DNA of 32,000 bases, from contig JAFSUW010000036.1 in the NCBI GenBank assembly GCA_017450465.1, positions 781-32,780 on the forward strand, given 5' to 3'. This stretch comes from Clostridia bacterium. Its GTDB lineage: Bacteria; Bacillota; Clostridia; TANB77; RGIG9151. Under the pieces are notes generated by a model. The model ran no database searches and was not told where the DNA came from. It was given only the letters and a program-made list of their open reading frames with translations. The number at the start of each line of letters is the position of its first letter. The first letter of the stretch is position 1. This document shows, one piece after another, positions 27,474 through 32,000 of the stretch. Position numbers and translations under genes: made by a program.

Positions 27474-28520
27474 TTAAACCATTTTTTCCATTATTTCTGT
27501 ATCAAAGCTATAAGTTAATACATCTTCTCTAGAAATTAATCCTTTCTTATACAAGGTCATTAAGTCTCCATCCATTGTCTGCATTCCAAAACGTGTACCT
27601 GTTTGTATCATGTTATCTATTTGATGTGTTTTACCTTCTCTTATAAGGTTTGCTACTGCGTGTGTGCATATCATTACTTCAAATGCAGGAACTCTTCTAT
27701 CACGATTTGGTATTAACTGTTGTGTTATTACGGCTTGTAAAACAGATGCAAGTTGTACCCTTACTTGTTGTTGCTGTTCGCCTGGGAACGAATCGATTAT
27801 TCTATCAATTGTTTTTGCAGCACCCATTGTGTGTAATGTACCAAATACCAAGTGCCCTGTTTCAGCAGCTGTAAGAGCTGTTGAAATGGTTTCATTATCT
27901 CTTAACTCACCAATTAAAATTACATCTGGGTCCTCTCTTAACGCAGAGCGAAGTGCGTTAGCAAAACTTTTTGAGTCTATTCCTATTTCTCTTTGATTTA
28001 CTAAACTATTTTTATGCTTATGCATATATTCTATAGGATCTTCAAGCGTGATTATATGCGAACTTCTATTTTCATTTATAAGATTTACCAAAGCAGCAAG
28101 TGTCGTAGATTTACCACTACCTGTTGGTCCTGTAACTAGTATCATCCCTCTTTGTTTTTGCCATAAATCTACTACTACTTCAGGTAAGCAAAGTTCCTTT
28201 ACGTCTGGGATCTCCATTCCTATTAACCTTATAGCTATAGCTATAGAACCTCTTTGCTTATAAATATTTGCTCTAAATCTTCCTTTGTTTGGAATAGCAA
28301 AGGAAAAATCGACTTCACCTTTTTCTTCTAACATTGCTTTTACATCATTATATTCAAAAATTTCATCTGCAATATCTGCTGTATCTTTAGGAGTCAAATC
28401 AGGAGAAGCAAGTCTTGTAATTTCTCCTCCTGCTCTTATTGCAGGTGGTGCACCTACCGTAATATGAATATCTGAAGCATCACTTCGTAGTGCCTCTTCA
28501 ATTATATCTAGTAATTTCAT
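27474..28520 (-). CDS. pilT: type IV pilus retraction ATPase PilT
   Basis: 348 aa. ASDIHI, Walker A GPTGSGKST, ITLEDPIEY, LREDPDVILIGELRD, GHLVFGTLHT, and the AIRNLIREGK-like VANLIREGK. Confidence 0.9.
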   Translation of the reverse strand: MKLLDIIEEALRSDASDIHITVGAPPAIRAGGEITRLASPDLTPKDTADIADEIFEYNDVKAMLEEKGEVDFSFAIPNKGRFRANIYKQRGSIAIAIRLIGMEIPDVKELCLPEVVVDLWQKQRGMILVTGPTGSGKSTTLAALVNLINENRSSHIITLEDPIEYMHKHKNSLVNQREIGIDSKSFANALRSALREDPDVILIGELRDNETISTALTAAETGHLVFGTLHTMGAAKTIDRIIDSFPGEQQQQVRVQLASVLQAVITQQLIPNRDRRVPAFEVMICTHAVANLIREGKTHQIDNMIQTGTRFGMQTMDGDLMTLYKKGLISREDVLTYSFDTEIMEKMV

Positions 28521-28548
28521 TTGTATCCCCCTTATCTATAATAATCAA

Positions 28549-30237
28549 TTATTCTTCTACATAAGCAATTCTTATTAATTCATCTATTGTTGTTTTACCT
28601 TGAGCTACAAGTTTACTACAGCTCCTCCAAATTGTGCTTAAACCTTCACGCATTGCAACGAATTTTATTTCATCTGTCGTTGCACCACGCGTTATTAACT
28701 GCCTTATATTGCTCGAAATAGGCATTACTTCAAAAACACCAATACGTCCAGAATAACCTGTATTATTACATGCTTTACAACCTACTGGTTTATAGAAATG
28801 TACATCCGATTTATCGAATAAATCTAGACATCCATATTCTTTTTCAGTTGGCTCATATTCTTGTTTACATTTATCACAAAGTCGTTTTACAAGTCTTTGT
28901 GCAACTACGCCATTTAATGCTGTTGCAAGCAAGAATGGCTCTATACCCATATCTATAAGTCTTGCTATTGTTGATGGAGCATCATTGGTGTGAAGTGTAC
29001 TTAAAACTAAGTGTCCAGTAATAGCGGCACGTACTGCGATATTTGCCGTTTCCGAGTCTCTTATTTCTCCGACCATTATTATATCTGGGTCCTGACGTAA
29101 GAAAGTTCTAAGAACGCTTGGAAAATCTACGCCCGCCTTTACATTAACTTGTACCTGGTTTACACCTTGAATTAAGGATTCTATAGGATCTTCTACCGTT
29201 AGTATGTTAACATCTTCTTTGTTTAATTCACGAAGTGTTGCATAAAGTGTAGTTGTTTTACCACTACCTGTTGGTCCTGTAACCAAAATTATACCATTTG
29301 GACTTTTTAATATTTCATCATAAACCCTCATGTCTTCTGGCAAGAGACCTATTGAATTTTTATCTTTTGTTAAACCGCTTTTATCATTTACCCTTAATAC
29401 TACTTTTTCACCATACATTGTTGGAACGGACGATATACGTAAGTCGTATTCTGCATTTTCAAGCTTAAAGTTTGCTCTACCATCCTGAGGTCTACGACGT
29501 TCTGCTATATTCATTCCGCCTAAAATTTTTATTCTTGTAATCATTGCTGGCAATATTCTTAAGTCAATTTGCGATATTTCTCTTAAACTTCCATCTACTC
29601 TGAAACGTACTCTTGCTTTCTTCTCATATGGCTCTATATGTATATCTGATGCCCTTGACCTTACTGCCTGCTCAAGTATTGAGTTAACCATCTTTACGAT
29701 AGGCGCATCAATATTTGCCTCTTCAGTAGAAGCTGCAATAGCTTCTTCTTCCTCACCTAATTGATTCTCTTTTTTATATTCTTCAACAGCATCTTGAACG
29801 ACTTCTTGTCCAAAGAACCTATTTATTTCTTTTGTTATTTCACGCTGAGAAGCAAGAACTGGAACAATTTTTAACTTTGTATACAAACTAAGGTCATCGA
29901 TAGCTACAATATTAGTAGGATCTTCCATTGCCACAACTAATTTATCGCCTTCGAAGTTAATAGGAATCATACAATATTTATAAGCAAGAGCCTGATTAAT
30001 CTTCATAACCGCTTCAAGATTTATATCATAGTTCTCTAAACTTATAAACTCGATACCTAAACGTTTTGACAATGTTTTATATAAATCATTTTCAGATAAA
30101 TAGCCAGATTCTACTAGTATTTCACCAAGTTTTTTGTCCATTTTACGTTGAAGTTCTAAGGCTTCTAAAACTTGTTGTTCAGTTATTAAACCTTCATCTA
30201 CTAGTAATTCACCTAATAGCTTCTTCGTTCTGCCCAT
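28549..30237 (-). CDS. pilB: type IV pilus assembly ATPase PilB (GspE family) with an MshEN-like N-terminal domain
   Basis: Walker A GPTGSGKTT, VEDPIE, LRQDPDIIMVGEIRD, GHLVLSTLHT, and the tetracysteine motif CDKC...CKAC. The N-terminus is KKLLGELLVDEGLITEQQVLEALELQ followed by KKLGEILVESGYLSENDLYKTL. The start is set at the ATG at 30237, 6 nt after a GGAGGAG SD. Confidence 0.9.
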   Translation of the reverse strand: MGRTKKLLGELLVDEGLITEQQVLEALELQRKMDKKLGEILVESGYLSENDLYKTLSKRLGIEFISLENYDINLEAVMKINQALAYKYCMIPINFEGDKLVVAMEDPTNIVAIDDLSLYTKLKIVPVLASQREITKEINRFFGQEVVQDAVEEYKKENQLGEEEEAIAASTEEANIDAPIVKMVNSILEQAVRSRASDIHIEPYEKKARVRFRVDGSLREISQIDLRILPAMITRIKILGGMNIAERRRPQDGRANFKLENAEYDLRISSVPTMYGEKVVLRVNDKSGLTKDKNSIGLLPEDMRVYDEILKSPNGIILVTGPTGSGKTTTLYATLRELNKEDVNILTVEDPIESLIQGVNQVQVNVKAGVDFPSVLRTFLRQDPDIIMVGEIRDSETANIAVRAAITGHLVLSTLHTNDAPSTIARLIDMGIEPFLLATALNGVVAQRLVKRLCDKCKQEYEPTEKEYGCLDLFDKSDVHFYKPVGCKACNNTGYSGRIGVFEVMPISSNIRQLITRGATTDEIKFVAMREGLSTIWRSCSKLVAQGKTTIDELIRIAYVEE

Positions 30238-30451
30238 CGGTCTCCTCCTCTTTCTCATACTTTTTATCGGCTTTTTTTATTATTACTTAACAACTTTTTT
30301 GTTTTTTATTGTAAATTTAAACTTTATTTTTTTCCTTATTTACAGTAATATTTTTAAAATTATAATTAATTAACATTTAGTAACCAAAAAGCATTTTATA
30401 GTAAAGAGAAGATTTAACGTATTATTTTCAAAATCTTACAAAATTTTATAC

Positions 30452-30480
30452 TTTTCAAAACCAAAATATATGTGTATAAT
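30452..30480 (+). promoter_or_regulatory. putative mecA promoter
   Basis: TTTTCA-N17-TATAAT, about 55 nt upstream of the mecA start. Confidence 0.4.
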
Positions 30481-30536
30481 GTAACTAACATAGTTATCCG
30501 TACTATTCGATTAATCTACTTAAGGAAGGTGATTTT

Positions 30537-31175
30537 ATGAAAATTGAGAAAATAAATGATGACAAAATTAAAATTACATTATCTGCTAAAGATTTAGCAG
30601 ATAGAAATCTAGATTTTCAGTCGCTTCGCTATAACTCAAAAGAAGCCCAAACTTTGTTTTGGGATATGATGAAACTTGCAGAAACCGAACATGGATTTAA
30701 AGCAGCAAATTGTCAATTATTCATTGAAGCTGCATCAATTATGAATGGAAACTTCATAGTAACAATAACAAAAATGCATGATGTACCTGCATTAAATGGT
30801 GAGCGTAGCTTAAAAGCAAAGGCAATACCCGCCTCATTAAAAGTAAAAAGAAAAAATACTTCATACTCTCAAAACTGTATTATAAAGTTTAGCTCTTTTG
30901 ATAGTATTATTGATGCAATAAGGCAAAATTCACTTCCTACTAAAATTACTTCTAGTCTTTATGAATATAACAATGAATACTATTTAGTAATAAAGCCAAA
31001 CATTGTTCAAGCGAATGAATTTAAGCGACTTATTATATTGTTTTCGGAATTCGGTGAAATTTGTTATGATTTTAAGTACACAGAAGGAATTATTACCGAA
31101 TATGGAACGCCTATAATACTAAACACTGCTATATTTGAATTAAATAAAAGCTTAACAAAAAACGTGTGTGAATAA
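30537..31175 (+). CDS. mecA: adaptor protein MecA (ClpC adaptor)
   Basis: 212 aa. The N-terminus MKIEKINDDKIKITLSAKDLADRNLDF is typical of MecA. AAGGAAGG SD. Confidence 0.8.
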   Translation: MKIEKINDDKIKITLSAKDLADRNLDFQSLRYNSKEAQTLFWDMMKLAETEHGFKAANCQLFIEAASIMNGNFIVTITKMHDVPALNGERSLKAKAIPASLKVKRKNTSYSQNCIIKFSSFDSIIDAIRQNSLPTKITSSLYEYNNEYYLVIKPNIVQANEFKRLIILFSEFGEICYDFKYTEGIITEYGTPIILNTAIFELNKSLTKNVCE

Positions 31176-31190
31176 TCACACACGTTTTTA
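31161..31190. terminator. bidirectional terminator between mecA and upp
   Basis: AACGTGTGTGA-ATAA-TCACACACGTT is an 11-bp stem flanked by T-runs in both orientations. It overlaps the mecA stop codon. Confidence 0.8.
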
Positions 31191-31202
31191 TTTACTTAAA
31201 AT

Positions 31203-31832
31203 TTACTTAGTACCAAATAATCTATCTCCTGCATCTCCAAGACCTGGCACAATATAGCCATTTTCATTTAGTTTTTCATCAAGTGCTGCACAAAAGATGT
31301 GTACATCTGGATGATCCTCGTTTATTTTCTTTATTCCTTGTGGTGCTGCAATTATGCACATGAGTTTTATATTTTTTACTCCACTCTTCTTTGCAAGTTT
31401 TATTGCAGCTGATGCCGAACCACCAGTTGCAAGCATTGGGTCTAAAATAATGATATCCCTTTCTTCTACATCCTTAGGGAATTTGCAATAATATTCAACA
31501 GGTTCTAACGACTTTTCATCCCTAAATAACCCTATATGTCCTACCTTTGCAAATGGCATTAAACTAAGTATTCCATCAACCATTCCAATTCCTGCACGAA
31601 GTATAGGAACAATTCCTACCTTTTTGCCTGACAACATATTAACTTTTGCTTTTGATATAGGAGTTTCAATCTCCACCTCTTTTAATGGTAAATCACGCGT
31701 TGCTTCATACCCCATAAGCATTGCAATCTCTGTAACTAATTCTCTAAAATCTTTAGTATTTGTGTTTTTGTCACGTAGCATCGCTACTTTGTGTTGAATC
31801 AAAGGATGATCAAAAAGTGTTACATTGGTCAT
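31203..31832 (-). CDS. upp: uracil phosphoribosyltransferase
   Basis: 209 aa. [16 protein letters not shown], the PRPP loop [12 protein letters not shown], and [16 protein letters not shown]. Confidence 0.96.
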   Translation of the reverse strand: MTNVTLFDHPLIQHKVAMLRDKNTNTKDFRELVTEIAMLMGYEATRDLPLKEVEIETPISKAKVNMLSGKKVGIVPILRAGIGMVDGILSLMPFAKVGHIGLFRDEKSLEPVEYYCKFPKDVEERDIIILDPMLATGGSASAAIKLAKKSGVKNIKLMCIIAAPQGIKKINEDHPDVHIFCAALDEKLNENGYIVPGLGDAGDRLFGTK

Positions 31833-31985
31833 TACACATTACCTCCTAATCTATTTTTTATATTTTATAATAATTTACAATGTTTTTCAAGAAAACAAAT
31901 TATTGTATAATTGATTTCAAAATGCTATTATTTAATTAAGGAATTTGAAAAAATGTATCTATCTTTACTTAAAGGAGGAAGTCGT

Positions 31986-32000
31986 ATGTACGCAACTTTG
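31986..32000 (+). CDS. first five codons (MYATL) of an unidentified gene truncated by the window edge
   Basis: The ATG lies 6 nt after an AAAGGAGGAAG SD. Too little sequence remains to identify it. Confidence 0.35.

Noticed and set aside
30238-30258. Upstream ATG at 30258, which would extend PilB by seven residues (MRKRRRP)
   Set aside because: The GGAGGAG SD lies inside this extension, 6 nt before the ATG at 30237. Similar SD-based start reassignments were made for hrcA, the carD-like gene, the PilZ gene, GH15, mgtC, the large membrane protein and the small membrane protein.

Overview
AT-rich (about 30% G+C by eye) chromosomal segment from a low-GC Firmicute, probably a Clostridia/Tissierellia-type anaerobe. 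This is inferred from CIRCE/HrcA control, an SLH-domain protein, Gram-positive type IV pilus ATPases, MecA and strong GGAGG ribosome-binding sites. Most of the window is housekeeping. On the minus strand: a partial S41 peptidase, recJ, a YfcE-like phosphoesterase, a DUF362 protein, the hrcA-grpE-dnaK-dnaJ heat-shock operon with a CIRCE operator, alr, a GH15-radA-disA-carD-PilZ string, a NUDIX hydrolase, pilB-pilT-fabI and upp. On the plus strand: a large polytopic membrane protein, a GT2-mgtC-murA-MBL block and mecA. I saw no tRNA, rRNA, CRISPR array, transposase or integrase. The most unusual locus is 24842..25372 on the minus strand. It has a consensus sigma-A-type promoter, a clear class I c-di-GMP (GEMM-I) aptamer and an intrinsic terminator. 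These are followed by a ~230-nt G+C-rich, G-skewed RNA-like segment with long-range helices, then a second strong terminator. There is no ORF, so this looks like a c-di-GMP-gated non-coding RNA of unknown class. Other c-di-GMP-related elements are a single-domain PilZ protein fused into the radA-disA-carD operon and a PilB with an MshEN-like N-terminus. Further items worth checking: a promoter-plus-terminator small RNA candidate with a C-rich loop (26034..26130), a two-gene cassette of a zinc-ribbon membrane protein and a 602-aa HExxH protein inserted next to dnaJ, an HrcA about 110 aa shorter than canonical, and two copies of a GC-rich hairpin repeat. All family assignments come from motifs read by eye; no searches were run.
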